Source of the DNA: Candidatus Omnitrophota bacterium
GTDB taxonomy: Bacteria; Omnitrophota; Gorgyraeia; Gygaellales; Profunditerraquicolaceae
Direction of reading: 5' to 3'
Assembly: GCA_003598025.1 (NCBI GenBank)
Contig: QZKH01000003.1
Span: forward strand, 170,048 to 234,047
DNA length: 64,000 nucleotides
This document shows positions 45,779 to 56,613 of this stretch, piece after piece. Position 1 is the first letter of the stretch. Each line of letters begins with the position of its first letter. Both the position numbers and the translations under genes were made by a program. The notes below the pieces were generated by a model, which ran no database searches, was not told where the DNA came from, and saw nothing but the letters and a program-made list of their open reading frames with translations.

Positions 45779-46424
45779 TCAAACCTTTTACTAATTCAAT
45801 TATTTCCTTTAATACATCATTGGCCTGCCCATCAGCAGAAACTTTAAGCAGGCTCCCTTTATTTTTATAATAATCTAACAGTGAAGAGACCTCATTTTTG
45901 TAGACTATGAGGCGGTTTTTTATAGTTTCTTCCTTATCATCATCGCGCTGGTATAATTGCCCGCCGCACGCATCGCAGACCATTGTTTTCTTGGGGGGCA
46001 TATTTATCTTATGGAAAAGCATATTACAGCTTCGGCATACCAGCCTTCCGCTTAATCTTTGTATGATAACTCCGTCGCTTGAATCAAGATATATAACCGT
46101 ATCAATTTTGATATTCCTCTGGCTTAGTATTGAGTCTAATGTTTTGGCCTGAGAGATATTTCTGGGATAACCATCAAGTATAAAGCCTTTTTTTGTATCC
46201 GGCAAACCCAGGCGGCTGTTTAGCATTTTTGTTACCAGCTCATCAGGCACCAATCCGCCTTTATTCATATAATCTTTGGCTTTCCTGCCTAGCTCGGTAT
46301 CAAGCTTTACATTTTCCCTTAGAATATCGCCGGTAGATATATGCGGGAGGTTTAGTGACTTAGCCAGCTGTTTTGACTGAGTCCCTTTACCCGCACCCGG
46401 AGGGCCTAATAATATTATATTCAT
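45759..46424 (-). CDS. adk: Adenylate kinase (zinc-lid type)
   Basis: GPPGAGKGTQ, HISTGD, LDGYPR, CRSC..CDAC lid. Confidence 0.97.
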   Translation of the reverse strand: MNIILLGPPGAGKGTQSKQLAKSLNLPHISTGDILRENVKLDTELGRKAKDYMNKGGLVPDELVTKMLNSRLGLPDTKKGFILDGYPRNISQAKTLDSILSQRNIKIDTVIYLDSSDGVIIQRLSGRLVCRSCNMLFHKINMPPKKTMVCDACGGQLYQRDDDKEETIKNRLIVYKNEVSSLLDYYKNKGSLLKVSADGQANDVLKEIIELVKGLNDPSKV

Positions 46425-47770
46425 TATCTTCTTCCCTTGATCCTGCCGCTTTTAATGAATCCTTCATAGTGATGCATTAACAAATGTGATTCTATCTGCT
46501 TAATAGTGTCAAGCATGACCCCGACGATAATCAGAACGCCCGTGCCGCCAAAGAAGGATGCAACCATATAAGGCACACCCAGCCAGTTCATTGTAAGATG
46601 CGGAAAAACAGCGACAAAAGCGATAAAAATAGCCCCGGCTAAAGTGATCCGCGTCATTACAAAATCTAAGTATTCCGCCGTTGATTTTCCGGGACGGATC
46701 CCTGGCACAAAACCTCCGTATTTCTTCATATTCTCCGAAAGGTCAAGCGGATTAAACACGATAGCAGTATAGAAATAACAGAAAAATATTATCAAAAGAG
46801 CATAAAGAAAAGTATATAAAATGTGCCCGGGGCCTAAGCTTTGGGCCAGCCTTTGAAACGCCGGGTTAGGTATAAAAGTCGCTATTGTTGCAGGAAATGA
46901 AATAATAGATTGGGCAAATATGATTGCGATAACGCCAGCCGTATCTACTTTTAAAGGGATATATGTGCTTTGCCCTCCAAAGATTTTTCTTCCTACAACC
47001 CTGCGCGCGTATTGCACAGGGATCTTTCTCTGCCCTTGCGTGACAAAAATTACCGCTAATACAACTCCGACCAAAAGGACAGCCATAATAATGAGCGTAA
47101 AAAACGGCAGCGCTCTTTTTGATGGAGAATTCGGCGATAGAAGTATGTAAAGCTGGTTCAACGCCGGGCTTATCCTGGAAATAATGCCGGCGGTAATAAC
47201 AAGTGATATGCCGTTTCCAATACCCTTTTCCTGTATTTGTTCTCCAAGCCACATAATAAAAATGGTGCCGGTAGTAAGGGTAAGTACGGTTAATATCCTG
47301 AAAGAAATCCCGGGACTGCCGACAATTTTAATCCCTTCAAACCTTGCCGGGTTCTCAAGCCACAGGGCGATAAAAAACGATTGTATTACGGCAAGCACAA
47401 TAGTGCCGTAACGAGTATATTGATTTATTTTTTCATATCCTACACGGCCTTCTTTGGATAATTTTTCCAGTGCCGGTATAACAGCAGTCAAGAGTTGCAA
47501 GATGATCGAAGACGAGATATAAGGCATTATCCCCAAGGCAAATATGGTCATCTGCTCCATCGCTCCGCCCGAAAACATGTTTATAATACCCAGTAATGCC
47601 CCGCCGGAAGTCCTTGCCATTTCGGCAAAAAATTTAGAAAGAGCAGCTCCATCAATACCCGGAGTAGGTATAAAACATCCCACCCTGTAAACAAGAAGTA
47701 AAGCCCCGGTTATTAAAAGCCGTTTCTTTAAATCGGGTATTTTAAAAGAATTTGCTAAAGCCTTTAACAC
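46424..47770 (-). CDS. secY: Preprotein translocase SecY
   Basis: IFALGIMPYISSSII, WLGEQI..GIGNGIS, PGIRPG, GGTGVLI. Confidence 0.98.
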   Translation of the reverse strand: MLKALANSFKIPDLKKRLLITGALLLVYRVGCFIPTPGIDGAALSKFFAEMARTSGGALLGIINMFSGGAMEQMTIFALGIMPYISSSIILQLLTAVIPALEKLSKEGRVGYEKINQYTRYGTIVLAVIQSFFIALWLENPARFEGIKIVGSPGISFRILTVLTLTTGTIFIMWLGEQIQEKGIGNGISLVITAGIISRISPALNQLYILLSPNSPSKRALPFFTLIIMAVLLVGVVLAVIFVTQGQRKIPVQYARRVVGRKIFGGQSTYIPLKVDTAGVIAIIFAQSIISFPATIATFIPNPAFQRLAQSLGPGHILYTFLYALLIIFFCYFYTAIVFNPLDLSENMKKYGGFVPGIRPGKSTAEYLDFVMTRITLAGAIFIAFVAVFPHLTMNWLGVPYMVASFFGGTGVLIIVGVMLDTIKQIESHLLMHHYEGFIKSGRIKGRR

Positions 47771-48300
47771 TAAATAACCTCAGCCTTTCCGCCGGCATTG
47801 ATAATCTTTTCTCGTGCTGCCTTTGAAAACGCATGTGCCTGTAAATTTATAGACTTTTTTAAGTCGCCTTTAGCTAAGATCTTAACTTTCTTATCCTTAG
47901 AAGAGATCAGGCCTTTATCATATAAAACCTCAGGATTGATCATTTCTTCTTTTAAATTCTTTAGATCTATTAGATTAACTATCTGATATACCTGTTTAAA
48001 TATGCTGGTAAACCCTCTTTTAGGGAATTTACGGATTAAAGGCGATTGCCCGCCTTCAAAACCAAGGTAAAAATGGCGGCCTGCCCTAGAAGTCTGGCCC
48101 TTGCTGCCTCTTGTAGAAGTTTTTCCATGGCCTGAACTAGAGCCTCTGCCTAATATCCTTTTTCTTTTTTTACTGCCGGCAGCGGGTTTTAAATTGTGCA
48201 ACCCAAGAAAAACAGCCTTCTCTTTGGAGGTTTTTAAATCTTTTCTAAATGTTTTTGTTTTAGGTGATGGCCTTTTAGCCTTGATCTTCTTTTCTTTCAT
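47770..48300 (-). CDS. rplO: 50S ribosomal protein L15 with N-terminal extension
   Basis: [35 protein letters not shown]. Confidence 0.95.
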   Translation of the reverse strand: MKEKKIKAKRPSPKTKTFRKDLKTSKEKAVFLGLHNLKPAAGSKKRKRILGRGSSSGHGKTSTRGSKGQTSRAGRHFYLGFEGGQSPLIRKFPKRGFTSIFKQVYQIVNLIDLKNLKEEMINPEVLYDKGLISSKDKKVKILAKGDLKKSINLQAHAFSKAAREKIINAGGKAEVI

Positions 48301-48303
48301 ATT

Positions 48304-48756
48304 TTATGCCTTCAGATTGGTTAACCCATCCATAGTTGCCTTGATTACATTAATCGGATTATTAGATTTAAGGGATTTAGTAAGGATATCCTTAATGCCG
48401 ACGGCCTCACAGATAGCCCTTACCGGCCCGGCGGCAATGACTCCAGTTCCTTCGGAGGCAGGTTTAAGCATGACTTTAGCAGCTCCATATTCACCGATGA
48501 TCTCATGAGGGATGGTAGAGCCTTCTATGCTTATCTTGACCAGGTTCTTTTTCGCCTTGCCTAATGATTTTCTTATTGCGTCTGCGACTTCATTAGCTTT
48601 ATCCAAGGCATAACCTACTCTTCCTTTGGTATCACCGACAACAACAAGCGCCCGAAAATGTAGTTTTTTACCGCCTTTTGTTACTTTGGTAACACGGTTT
48701 ATTGCTATTACTCTTTCAATGAATTCTACGTTTTCGCTACTGGTAGTGTCTTTCAT
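48304..48756 (-). CDS. rpsE: 30S ribosomal protein S5
   Basis: [26 protein letters not shown]. Confidence 0.97.
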   Translation of the reverse strand: MKDTTSSENVEFIERVIAINRVTKVTKGGKKLHFRALVVVGDTKGRVGYALDKANEVADAIRKSLGKAKKNLVKISIEGSTIPHEIIGEYGAAKVMLKPASEGTGVIAAGPVRAICEAVGIKDILTKSLKSNNPINVIKATMDGLTNLKA

Positions 48757-48758
48757 AT

Positions 48759-49121
48759 TTAAAATTCAACCCCGCCTTTTCTTAGTGAGTCGGCAAATGC
48801 CTTGACACGACCGTGATATTTCAATCCGGCACGGTCAAATATTATTTTCTTTATGCCTTTTTCTTTGGCTTTTCTTGCAAAAACTTCTCCCAAAAATACA
48901 GCCGCTTTTACGTTCCCGCCGTACGGGAAACGTTCTTTTACTTCCTTATCCATAGTAGATGACGACAACACTGTCCTCTTTTTTGAATCATCTACTACCT
49001 GGATAAAAAGGTTCTTTAAGCTCCTGTGAATAATCAAACGCGGCTTGGATTCTTCACCGAACATTCTTAATTTGATTCTTCTGTGCCTCTTTAACCTCGC
49101 TACTTCCCTGTTATTTTTCAT
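48759..49121 (-). CDS. rplR: 50S ribosomal protein L18
   Basis: [20 protein letters not shown]. Confidence 0.97.
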   Translation of the reverse strand: MKNNREVARLKRHRRIKLRMFGEESKPRLIIHRSLKNLFIQVVDDSKKRTVLSSSTMDKEVKERFPYGGNVKAAVFLGEVFARKAKEKGIKKIIFDRAGLKYHGRVKAFADSLRKGGVEF

Positions 49122-49135
49122 ATTTGATATTCTGT

Positions 49136-49684
49136 TTACTTTCCGGCAGTTGCCTGAGCTTTACCGATCTTCTTCTTTACAAATTCACCGACATACCTGA
49201 TCCCCTTGCCTTTATAAGGCTCGGGAGGATAAATCATGCGTATCTCCGAGGCTACTTTTCCGATTTTTTCTTTATCGGTTCCGCTTATAACAATAATATT
49301 CTGTTTCGGGGCCTCAATTTTTACCCCTTCAGGCGCTTTAAATATTACCGGGTGCGAAAAACCAAGCTGCATGCTCAAGTTAGCCCCCTGCATCTGGGCG
49401 CGAAAACCTACCCCGATTATCTCTAATTGCTTACTAAAACCCTCGGTTACCCCTTTTATCATATTTACCAGCAATGCGCGTGTAAGCCCATGCAATGACC
49501 GGTCAATCTTACTGTCGGTTGCACGCTGTACAATAAGCTGTGAATCTTTCTTTTCAATTTTTATACGCGGAGAAAAACTCCTGGTAAGTTTTCCTTTTGC
49601 GCCTTCGATTAAAACAGTATTATCGTTGATCTCTACTTTTACGCCTTGAGGCACTAAGACTGGTTTTTTACCTATTCTGGACAT
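49136..49684 (-). CDS. rplF: 50S ribosomal protein L6
   Basis: MSRIGKKP, LGFSHP, PPEPYKGKGIRY. Confidence 0.98.
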   Translation of the reverse strand: MSRIGKKPVLVPQGVKVEINDNTVLIEGAKGKLTRSFSPRIKIEKKDSQLIVQRATDSKIDRSLHGLTRALLVNMIKGVTEGFSKQLEIIGVGFRAQMQGANLSMQLGFSHPVIFKAPEGVKIEAPKQNIIVISGTDKEKIGKVASEIRMIYPPEPYKGKGIRYVGEFVKKKIGKAQATAGK

Positions 49685-49685
49685 T

Positions 49686-50081
49686 TTACCAAACGTAGCT
49701 GATTATTTCGCCACCGACTTTCAGTTCCCTGGCCTGGGCATCGGTTAATATGCCCCTGGAGGTGGAAACAATGGCTAAGCCCCTGCCGCGCAATACAGAA
49801 GGGACTTTTTGATGTTTAACATATACTCTTAACCCCGGCTTAGATATCCTTTTTATATTTTTAATCGCCGGTTTGCCTGAAATATATTTTAAATAGACCC
49901 TGATTATCCCCTGCTTTTTATCATCAATGGATTTAAAGTCATCAATATAATTTTCCTTCTTTAATATATCTACTATGGACTTTAAAGTTGAAGAAGCGGG
50001 TATATCCACAGCCTCTTTTTTGATCATTATTGCATTTCTAATTATCGTGAATGCATCTGCTAACAAATCTGTTCTAGACAT
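49686..50081 (-). CDS. rpsH: 30S ribosomal protein S8
   Basis: RISKPGLRVY, VSTSRG, VGGE. Confidence 0.97.
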   Translation of the reverse strand: MSRTDLLADAFTIIRNAIMIKKEAVDIPASSTLKSIVDILKKENYIDDFKSIDDKKQGIIRVYLKYISGKPAIKNIKRISKPGLRVYVKHQKVPSVLRGRGLAIVSTSRGILTDAQARELKVGGEIISYVW

Positions 50082-50100
50082 ATTTTCTCCGTAAATTTAA

Positions 50101-50286
50101 TTACCAGCTTGCCTTTTTTACTCCGGGGATCATTCCGGCCCAAGCCAGCTCCCTGAAGCAGATCCTGCACAGCTTAAACCTTCTCAAGAAACCACCTGAC
50201 CTTCCGCAAAGAGGGCAACGATTATATTTTCTTGAGGAAAATTTTGGTTTCCTGCTGCACCTAGCTTTTTGTGACTGTTTTGCCAT
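50101..50286 (-). CDS. rpsN: 30S ribosomal protein S14, zinc-binding type Z
   Basis: [23 protein letters not shown], 61 aa. Confidence 0.97.
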   Translation of the reverse strand: MAKQSQKARCSRKPKFSSRKYNRCPLCGRSGGFLRRFKLCRICFRELAWAGMIPGVKKASW

Positions 50287-50288
50287 AA

Positions 50289-50843
50289 TTATTGCTCGCC
50301 TGTTTTAAAGGGCATACCAAACAATTTAAGCAATTCTTTGGACTGCTCTTTACTTTTTGAATTTTTAATTACGAATGTTATATCCATACCCTGAGTCCTG
50401 GTAATTTTATCATAATCTATCTCGGGAAAAATATTTTGCTCGGTCAGACCCAGCGTATAATTACCTGCCCTGTCAAACGAAGTATCAGATATCCCTCTAA
50501 AGTCCCTTATCCTTGGCATCGCGACGTTAATCAACCTGTCCATAAACTCATACATGATGTTTTTCCTCAAAGTCACCTTACAGCCGACAGCCTGATTTTG
50601 CTTAATTTTGAAATTAGATATGGCTTTTTTAGCCCTCCTGATAACAGGCTTCTGCCCGACTATAACTGCCAATTCGTCCATTGATTTTTCCAGCAGTTTC
50701 ACATCCTGTATGGCTTCGCCTACGCCCATATTGACCACGATCTTATCGACACGCGGGACAGCATACTTATTTTTTATGCTGAAAACCTTCATCATCTCAG
50801 GGATGATTTCATCTCTATATCTGATTAATAATCTTGGGGTCAT
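50289..50843 (-). CDS. rplE: 50S ribosomal protein L5
   Basis: [34 protein letters not shown]. Confidence 0.98.
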   Translation of the reverse strand: MTPRLLIRYRDEIIPEMMKVFSIKNKYAVPRVDKIVVNMGVGEAIQDVKLLEKSMDELAVIVGQKPVIRRAKKAISNFKIKQNQAVGCKVTLRKNIMYEFMDRLINVAMPRIRDFRGISDTSFDRAGNYTLGLTEQNIFPEIDYDKITRTQGMDITFVIKNSKSKEQSKELLKLFGMPFKTGEQ

Positions 50844-50844
50844 T

Positions 50845-51156
50845 TTAAATTGCCTCTTTACACGATTTACAGGTTCTAGTTTTTGTACCGTCTTTTAGCA
50901 GGGTATAGCCGATCCTGACGGCCTTATTACACTGCTTGCATAATATGGATATATTGGCAATGCTGATAGGCGCTTCGATAGCGACGACGCCGCCCTGCTG
51001 GTCCTGCTGGGTCTTTCTTTTGTGCTTCTTAACCAAATTTACCCCTTCGACAATAGCGCGTTTAGTTTCTCCAAAGATTTTAAGGACCTTTCCCTTCTTG
51101 CCTTTATCTTTTCCTTTTGTAAGAATTACCGTGTCGCCTTTTTTAAGTTTGAACAT
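50845..51156 (-). CDS. rplX: 50S ribosomal protein L24
   Basis: KKGDTV..GKDKGKKG, VEGVN, EAPI. Confidence 0.97.
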   Translation of the reverse strand: MFKLKKGDTVILTKGKDKGKKGKVLKIFGETKRAIVEGVNLVKKHKRKTQQDQQGGVVAIEAPISIANISILCKQCNKAVRIGYTLLKDGTKTRTCKSCKEAI

Positions 51157-51524
51157 TATATTACCTCTGGTGCTAATGAAATAATTTTTGTGAAATTCTT
51201 ATCCCTAAGCTCTCTTGCGACAGGCCCAAACACCCTGGTCCCTCTGGGATTAAGCTGGGCGTCAATAAAAACAACCGCATTGCGGTCAAACCGCAATACC
51301 GAGCCATTCTCTCTTTTAATAGCATTTTTCGTTCTGACGATGACCGCCTTAGCCACTTCTCCTTTTTTAATCGTAGCCCCGGGAGAAGATTCTTTAACAT
51401 TTACGTTTATAATATCCCCTATTCCAGCGATTAAGCAGTTCTTTTTTCCCAGGACCGAAATAAAAGACACTTTCTTAGCTCCTGTATTATCCGCGACATC
51501 AAGAATTGAACGAATGTATATCAT
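51156..51524 (-). CDS. rplN: 50S ribosomal protein L14 (start corrected to ATG 51524, 122 aa)
   Basis: VADNTGAK, FDRNAVV, GTRVFGPVARELR, ISLAPEV. Confidence 0.97.
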   Translation of the reverse strand: MIYIRSILDVADNTGAKKVSFISVLGKKNCLIAGIGDIINVNVKESSPGATIKKGEVAKAVIVRTKNAIKRENGSVLRFDRNAVVFIDAQLNPRGTRVFGPVARELRDKNFTKIISLAPEVI

Positions 51525-51525
51525 T

Positions 51526-51801
51526 TTATTCCGCCTTCTCCTGTGCGTGCAACCTGGCTGAAGCCTTAACGACTGAAACCAGCTTAAACCTCTTGTCCTT
51601 AGATAAAGGCCTGGTCTCCTGAATCTTAACAATATCGCCTATTTTAGCGGCATTCTTCTCATCATGCACCTTGTATCTGCTGAACCTCTTTATTGTCTTT
51701 TTATATTTAGGATGCTTGGCAACGAGTACCGTGCTTACGACGATAGTTTTGTTCATTTTATCACGTATAACTGTGCCTAATAGTTCTTTAGTTTTACCCA
51801 T
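51526..51801 (-). CDS. rpsQ: 30S ribosomal protein S17
   Basis: DKMNKTIVV, HPKYKK, HDE, ETRPLSKDKR. Confidence 0.97.
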   Translation of the reverse strand: MGKTKELLGTVIRDKMNKTIVVSTVLVAKHPKYKKTIKRFSRYKVHDEKNAAKIGDIVKIQETRPLSKDKRFKLVSVVKASARLHAQEKAE

Positions 51802-51994
51802 TTTTTGTCTCTTTTCTTTCCTTAAGTATACTCTTTATCCTGGCTATGTCTTTCTTAATCAATGAAAACATGTGCGGTTTTTCTACTCTTGAAGCAAACC
51901 TCTGCTGGTTAAGTTTAAAGAGCTCTTCCCTTAAATTCACTTCCTTCTGGTTGAGTTCCTGGTCTGATAATGCGCGTAGGTCTTTTATCTTCAT
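51794..51994 (-). CDS. rpmC: 50S ribosomal protein L29
   Basis: ELFKL..KKDIARIKS; position between rplP and rpsQ. Confidence 0.95.
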   Translation of the reverse strand: MKIKDLRALSDQELNQKEVNLREELFKLNQQRFASRVEKPHMFSLIKKDIARIKSILKERKETKNG

Positions 51995-52410
51995 TACTTA
52001 TGTGTCCTCGTGATAAATTTTGATCTTACGGGAAGCTTGTATGCGGCAAGCCTGAAACACTGCCTGGCGAATTCTTCAGGGACACCGCCCATTTCAAATA
52101 AAATCCTTCCTCTTTTTACGACTGCTACCCAGTGGCTCAGGTCTCCCTTGCCTTTTCCCATTCTTACTTCGGCAGGCTTCTTAGTAATTGACTTATCGGG
52201 AAATATCCTTATCCACAATTTTCCGCCTTTGTTCAGCTGCCTTGCCAGGACAACCCTTACTGCTTCTATTTGATTATTTTTAATCCAGCCGTTAGCAAGT
52301 GCTTTGAGGCCAAATTCACCAAAGGCTAATTCCGAACCAGCGACTGCAATCCCTCTGCGGTTGCCTTTTTGTAATTTTCTATATTTAACTCTTTTAGGCA
52401 TTAATACCAT
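51994..52410 (-). CDS. rplP: 50S ribosomal protein L16
   Basis: [28 protein letters not shown]. Confidence 0.98.
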   Translation of the reverse strand: MVLMPKRVKYRKLQKGNRRGIAVAGSELAFGEFGLKALANGWIKNNQIEAVRVVLARQLNKGGKLWIRIFPDKSITKKPAEVRMGKGKGDLSHWVAVVKRGRILFEMGGVPEEFARQCFRLAAYKLPVRSKFITRTHK

Positions 52411-52412
52411 AG

Positions 52413-53123
52413 TTAACTCCCGATATTAGGCTTAGCTGTTTCCTGTGACTCTTCTTTATCCTCAGCTATTTGAGTACTCAAGCTGGCGCCTCTAGCCAGA
52501 AGCACATCTCCTTTATAAAGCCACACCTTTACGCCTATAAGGCCATAGGTAGTTAAAGCCTCGGCAAATCCATAATCAATATCTGCCCTAAGGGTCTGCA
52601 GAGGAACCTTGCCCTGTTTATAAGTCTCTGTCCTTGACATCTCTGCTCCGTTTAACCTTCCGGAACATGTTACTTTTATACCTTTAGCACCTGAAGAAAG
52701 GGATTGTTCCATTGCGCGTTTTACAGCCCTTCTAAAAGCTACTCTCTTTTCAATCTGTAGAGATACATTCTCGGCAACCAGCTGGGCATCAATGCCGGGA
52801 TTCTTTACTTCTTCAATATCAATTGAAATTTCTCTTTTTACCATGGCGTTCAAGTCTTCTCTTAGCCGCTCTATATCAGCACCATGGCGCCCGATTATTA
52901 TACCGGGCCTGGCGCTTAAAATCCTGATCTTAATCCTTTCGGCAAGCCTTTCAATTATAATTTTTGAAATAGCTGCCTGCTTAAAACGCTTCTTTATAAA
53001 CTTGCGTATATTGAAATCTTCTTTTATAAACGTGGCATAATCTTTGGGTTTAGCAAACCAACGGCTATGCCATGTCCTGATAAAACCTACCCTCAATACG
53101 AACGGATTTACTTTCTGCCCCAT
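52413..53123 (-). CDS. rpsC: 30S ribosomal protein S3
   Basis: [36 protein letters not shown]. Confidence 0.98.
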   Translation of the reverse strand: MGQKVNPFVLRVGFIRTWHSRWFAKPKDYATFIKEDFNIRKFIKKRFKQAAISKIIIERLAERIKIRILSARPGIIIGRHGADIERLREDLNAMVKREISIDIEEVKNPGIDAQLVAENVSLQIEKRVAFRRAVKRAMEQSLSSGAKGIKVTCSGRLNGAEMSRTETYKQGKVPLQTLRADIDYGFAEALTTYGLIGVKVWLYKGDVLLARGASLSTQIAEDKEESQETAKPNIGS

Positions 53124-53464
53124 TAATTATTCTCCTGCTTAATATCTAACTCGATTTTTATATGACAAGTCCTCTTTTTTATCGGGCTTGCCCTTCCGAA
53201 AGCGGCTGCCTTGTATCTTTTCCATGATGGGCCAATATTGCAGACTGCTTTTGAGATATATAACTGCTCTTGCTTAATCCCTTTTACTTTTGCATTTGCT
53301 ATCGCCTGTTTAAGTATTTTAATCAGGAATTCCTTCGCTCTTTTATTCAAATTTGACAAGATAGCCAAGGCATCGGTAGCATCTTCTTTGCGTATAAGCT
53401 CCAAAACCTGCCTGACTTTACGGCTTGACATCCTGACATATCTTGATTCGGCTTTTGCTATCAT
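53123..53464 (-). CDS. rplV: 50S ribosomal protein L22
   Basis: RMSSRKVR, AIANA, GRASPIKKRTCHI. Confidence 0.96.
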   Translation of the reverse strand: MIAKAESRYVRMSSRKVRQVLELIRKEDATDALAILSNLNKRAKEFLIKILKQAIANAKVKGIKQEQLYISKAVCNIGPSWKRYKAAAFGRASPIKKRTCHIKIELDIKQENN

Positions 53465-53473
53465 CTTTGTTTA

Positions 53474-53761
53474 TTATGTTTTTTCCGGCGCCTTCTTCGC
53501 CTTAACTCCACCATGTTTCCTGAAAATCCTTGTCGGTGCGAATTCTCCGAGTTTATGGCCTACCATATTCTCAGTGACAAATACAGGTGCGTGCTTTTTG
53601 CCATCGTAAACCGCAAAGGTCAACCCTACAAAATCAGGTATTATTGTAGAGCGCCTTGACCAAGTTTTTATTGCTAACCTTTGGCCTGAACGCCTTGCTC
53701 TATCCGCTTTTTTTACCAATTTTTCTTCTACGAACGGGCCTTTTTTTAATGATCTGGGCAT
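53474..53761 (-). CDS. rpsS: 30S ribosomal protein S19
   Basis: [28 protein letters not shown]. Confidence 0.98.
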   Translation of the reverse strand: MPRSLKKGPFVEEKLVKKADRARRSGQRLAIKTWSRRSTIIPDFVGLTFAVYDGKKHAPVFVTENMVGHKLGEFAPTRIFRKHGGVKAKKAPEKT

Positions 53762-53763
53762 TT

Positions 53764-54597
53764 TTATTTCCTTCTCTTTACGATAAATTTGTTGGAATAC
53801 CTTTTATCAAGCCTGGTCTTATAACCTTTTGTGGGCTTGCCCCAGGGTGTTACAGGATGAGGATTGCCTTGCCCTGATTTTCCTTCGCCGCCACCGTGCG
53901 GGTGGTCAACAGGATTCATAGCCGCGCCTCTTACCGTAGGCCTTACACCGGCCCAACGTGCCCTGCCGGCTTTACCTATGCTTATAGCCTCGTGTTCTAT
54001 ATTGCCAATTTGGCCGATAGTGGCATGACAATCAAGGTTTATTAATCTGATTTCGCCTGACGGAAGCTTAACTTGGGCGTATTCGCCTTCTTTAGCCATG
54101 ATCTGAGCGCTTGCTCCAGCGCTTCTTACGATCTGGCCGCCCTTACCTTTAAAAAGCTCAACATTATGTATCATCGTACCGGTTGGTATATATCTAAGCA
54201 ACAGGCTGTTGCCGGTTTTAATCTCCACATCCTTTTGCTTTGTGGCTATTATTTCATCGTTAACATTAAGCCCGACAGGAGCTAAAATATATTTTTTGAT
54301 CTTATTATTGTATTCAACTAATGCTATTCTTGCAGAACGGTTAGGATCGTATTCGATAGCGATAACTTTTGCCGGTATGTCATAAATATCCCTGCGAAAA
54401 TCTATCAAGCGCAACATTCTTTTGTGCCCGCCGCCCTGATGCCTGACTGTTAATCTGCCGCTTGAGTTACGCCCGCCTTTTCTTTTGAGCGGCGCAATCA
54501 ATGATTTTTCAGGCGTACTCTTAGTGATCTCTGCAAAATCCGAACCTGTTATCCATCTGCGTGAAGGTGTTACTGGTCTATATTTTTTTATTCCCAT
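53764..54597 (-). CDS. rplB: 50S ribosomal protein L2
   Basis: [30 protein letters not shown]. Confidence 0.98.
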   Translation of the reverse strand: MGIKKYRPVTPSRRWITGSDFAEITKSTPEKSLIAPLKRKGGRNSSGRLTVRHQGGGHKRMLRLIDFRRDIYDIPAKVIAIEYDPNRSARIALVEYNNKIKKYILAPVGLNVNDEIIATKQKDVEIKTGNSLLLRYIPTGTMIHNVELFKGKGGQIVRSAGASAQIMAKEGEYAQVKLPSGEIRLINLDCHATIGQIGNIEHEAISIGKAGRARWAGVRPTVRGAAMNPVDHPHGGGEGKSGQGNPHPVTPWGKPTKGYKTRLDKRYSNKFIVKRRK

Positions 54598-54611
54598 GGC
54601 TACACTTTTCT

Positions 54612-54890
54612 TTAAGAGATTGTTATTTTTTCGCCTTTTTTAAGGGTGACTATTGCCTTCTTTGTATCGGGAGTCCTTCCAAGCTGATACCTGACTCTTT
54701 TTGATTTCCCTGTCTCTACTAAAGTGTTTACATTCTTTACCTTTACTTTGTATATTTCCTCGACGGACCTTTTTATCTCTGTTTTATTGGCATCGTTTCT
54801 CACCAGAAAAAGGTATTTCCCTTCCGGTTCTGACAAAGTTGATTTCTCCGTCTGAAGTAAAGCAAGAAGTATATCATAACTTAATTTCAT
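54612..54890 (-). CDS. rplW: 50S ribosomal protein L23
   Basis: [21 protein letters not shown]. Confidence 0.96.
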   Translation of the reverse strand: MKLSYDILLALLQTEKSTLSEPEGKYLFLVRNDANKTEIKRSVEEIYKVKVKNVNTLVETGKSKRVRYQLGRTPDTKKAIVTLKKGEKITIS

Positions 54891-54904
54891 TTTCTACTCT
54901 TTTT

Positions 54905-55558
54905 TTATTTTTTTATTCTCTGAACTAGTTGTTTAATACTGTCTTTTGTAATCAGGACTCTCCTTGCAAGCATAAGCTCTAATGAATTGGCGTCTTTGGC
55001 TGATGCTGTGTCCAAAAATTTAAGGTTCCTCGTTGCTAAAACTGCATTGGCAGATAATTTATCGGATAATAAAAGCAGTCTTTTATTCTTCGGTCCATCT
55101 TTTCCGATAAGCTTTAAATTCTTGAATATTTTTTCTACCTCTTTTGTTTTTGGCGAAGATACTTCAAATCTATCCAAAACCATTAAATTGCCTTCGTTTA
55201 ATTTAGCGTTAAGCGCAGATTTTAAAGCCAGTGTCTTAAGCTTCTTAGGTATTGAAATAAAGAAGCTTCTTGGATGAGGGCCGAAAACAACTCCACCGTG
55301 CCGCCATAACGGTGAACGTATGGAACCTACCCTTGCCCGGCCTGTGCCTTTTTGCCTCCAGGGTTTGATGCCACCGCCGGAAACTTCTCCCCTGGTCTTA
55401 GTTGCAGCCAGTCCTTTTCTCTGATTAGAGCGGTACACGGTAAGCACCCTGTGCAATAAATTTTTATTTACCGAGCCGTCAAACACTGATGCATCCAGTT
55501 TGAGCGATTCTACTTCTTTGCCATCCATATTAAATACACTTATAGTCAAGTTTTCCAT
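54905..55558 (-). CDS. rplD: 50S ribosomal protein L4
   Basis: TKTRGEVSGGGIKPWRQKGTGRAR, GGVVFGP. Confidence 0.98.
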   Translation of the reverse strand: MENLTISVFNMDGKEVESLKLDASVFDGSVNKNLLHRVLTVYRSNQRKGLAATKTRGEVSGGGIKPWRQKGTGRARVGSIRSPLWRHGGVVFGPHPRSFFISIPKKLKTLALKSALNAKLNEGNLMVLDRFEVSSPKTKEVEKIFKNLKLIGKDGPKNKRLLLLSDKLSANAVLATRNLKFLDTASAKDANSLELMLARRVLITKDSIKQLVQRIKK

Positions 55559-55560
55559 TT

Positions 55561-56202
55561 TTATTTCTTCGCAGTTTTATCGGCAGCTGGCTTTCTTTTC
55601 TTTGCCTTATTTATGATAACGTAATTATTATCATGCCCTGGTATAGCGCCCTTTACTACTAAAATATTATTTTCAGGGTCCACCATCACTACCTTAAGAT
55701 TCTGAACAGTTACCTTCACATTACCCATATGGCCTGGGAGATGATGCCCTTTCCATACCCTTCCCGGAGTCGTACTTGAGCCAATGGAACCGATCCTTCT
55801 GTGTGACATCGAACCGTGAGTCATCGGCCCGCCGCTCCAGTTCCATCTTTTCATGCCTCCCTGGAAGCCTTTTCCGATGGATATACCAGACACATCCACA
55901 TAATCCCCGACCTGAAAAACATCAACCTTGATCTCTTCGCCAACTTTATATTCTCTGCCGCTGTGCTTGGAGAACTCCCTGATTACTTTTCTGGGGGATA
56001 GTTTAAGTTTATTAAAATATCCGGAAACAGGTTTTTTAATCTTTTTTTCATTGCTTAAAGGTTCAAAACCAACCTGGACATTTTTATCATTTACCGACAA
56101 GACCATGCACGGGCCTGCTTCGATAGCCGTAACACCGATCGCATCGCCCTGTTCGTTAAAAACCTGAGTCATCCCAATTTTTTTCCCTATTAATCCGCTC
56201 AT
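55561..56202 (-). CDS. rplC: 50S ribosomal protein L3
   Basis: GKKIGMTQ, GKGFQG, HGSMSHR, PGHMG, VKGAIPG. Confidence 0.98.
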   Translation of the reverse strand: MSGLIGKKIGMTQVFNEQGDAIGVTAIEAGPCMVLSVNDKNVQVGFEPLSNEKKIKKPVSGYFNKLKLSPRKVIREFSKHSGREYKVGEEIKVDVFQVGDYVDVSGISIGKGFQGGMKRWNWSGGPMTHGSMSHRRIGSIGSSTTPGRVWKGHHLPGHMGNVKVTVQNLKVVMVDPENNILVVKGAIPGHDNNYVIINKAKKRKPAADKTAKK

Positions 56203-56242
56203 TTTATTTACGCTCTTTAGTTAAAGCCGGGCAAGTTGAAAA

Positions 56243-56545
56243 TTACATTTTGATTTCAACATCAACACCAGCAGGCAAATTCAGCTTTCTTAACGCATCG
56301 ATTGTTTTTGCGGTAGGCTCAAAAATATCAATCAACCTCTTATGAGTAGCCAGTTCAAACTGTTCGCGCGACTTTTTGTCAATCACAGGTGAACGCAGGA
56401 CGGTATAAATCTCTCTTTTTGTCGGCAACGGCACCGGCCCCGATATTTTGGCCCCGGTACGCTTTACCGTGTCAACGATTTCAATGACCGCCTGGTCTAA
56501 CAAACGATGGTCGTAAGCTTTTAACCTTATTCTTATCTTTTGCAT
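56243..56545 (-). CDS. rpsJ: 30S ribosomal protein S10
   Basis: [32 protein letters not shown]. Confidence 0.98.
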   Translation of the reverse strand: MQKIRIRLKAYDHRLLDQAVIEIVDTVKRTGAKISGPVPLPTKREIYTVLRSPVIDKKSREQFELATHKRLIDIFEPTAKTIDALRKLNLPAGVDVEIKM

Positions 56546-56562
56546 TTTCTTCTTTCAATTTA

Positions 56563-56601
56563 CTTCCGGGCTCACCAGGCTCGGCCTGATAAGCCCGGAA
56601 G
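56563..56601 (-). other. Long RNA hairpin between tuf and rpsJ
   Basis: Minus strand CTTCCGGGCTTATCAGGC-CGA-GCCTGGTGAGCCCGGAAG: 18-bp stem including two G-U pairs; no U-tract. Confidence 0.7.
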
Positions 56602-56613
56602 ATTATGTGTAAA

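Noticed and set aside
51525-51632. 36-aa N-terminal extension of L14
   Set aside because: Overlaps rpsQ; the canonical 122-aa L14 starts at 51524.
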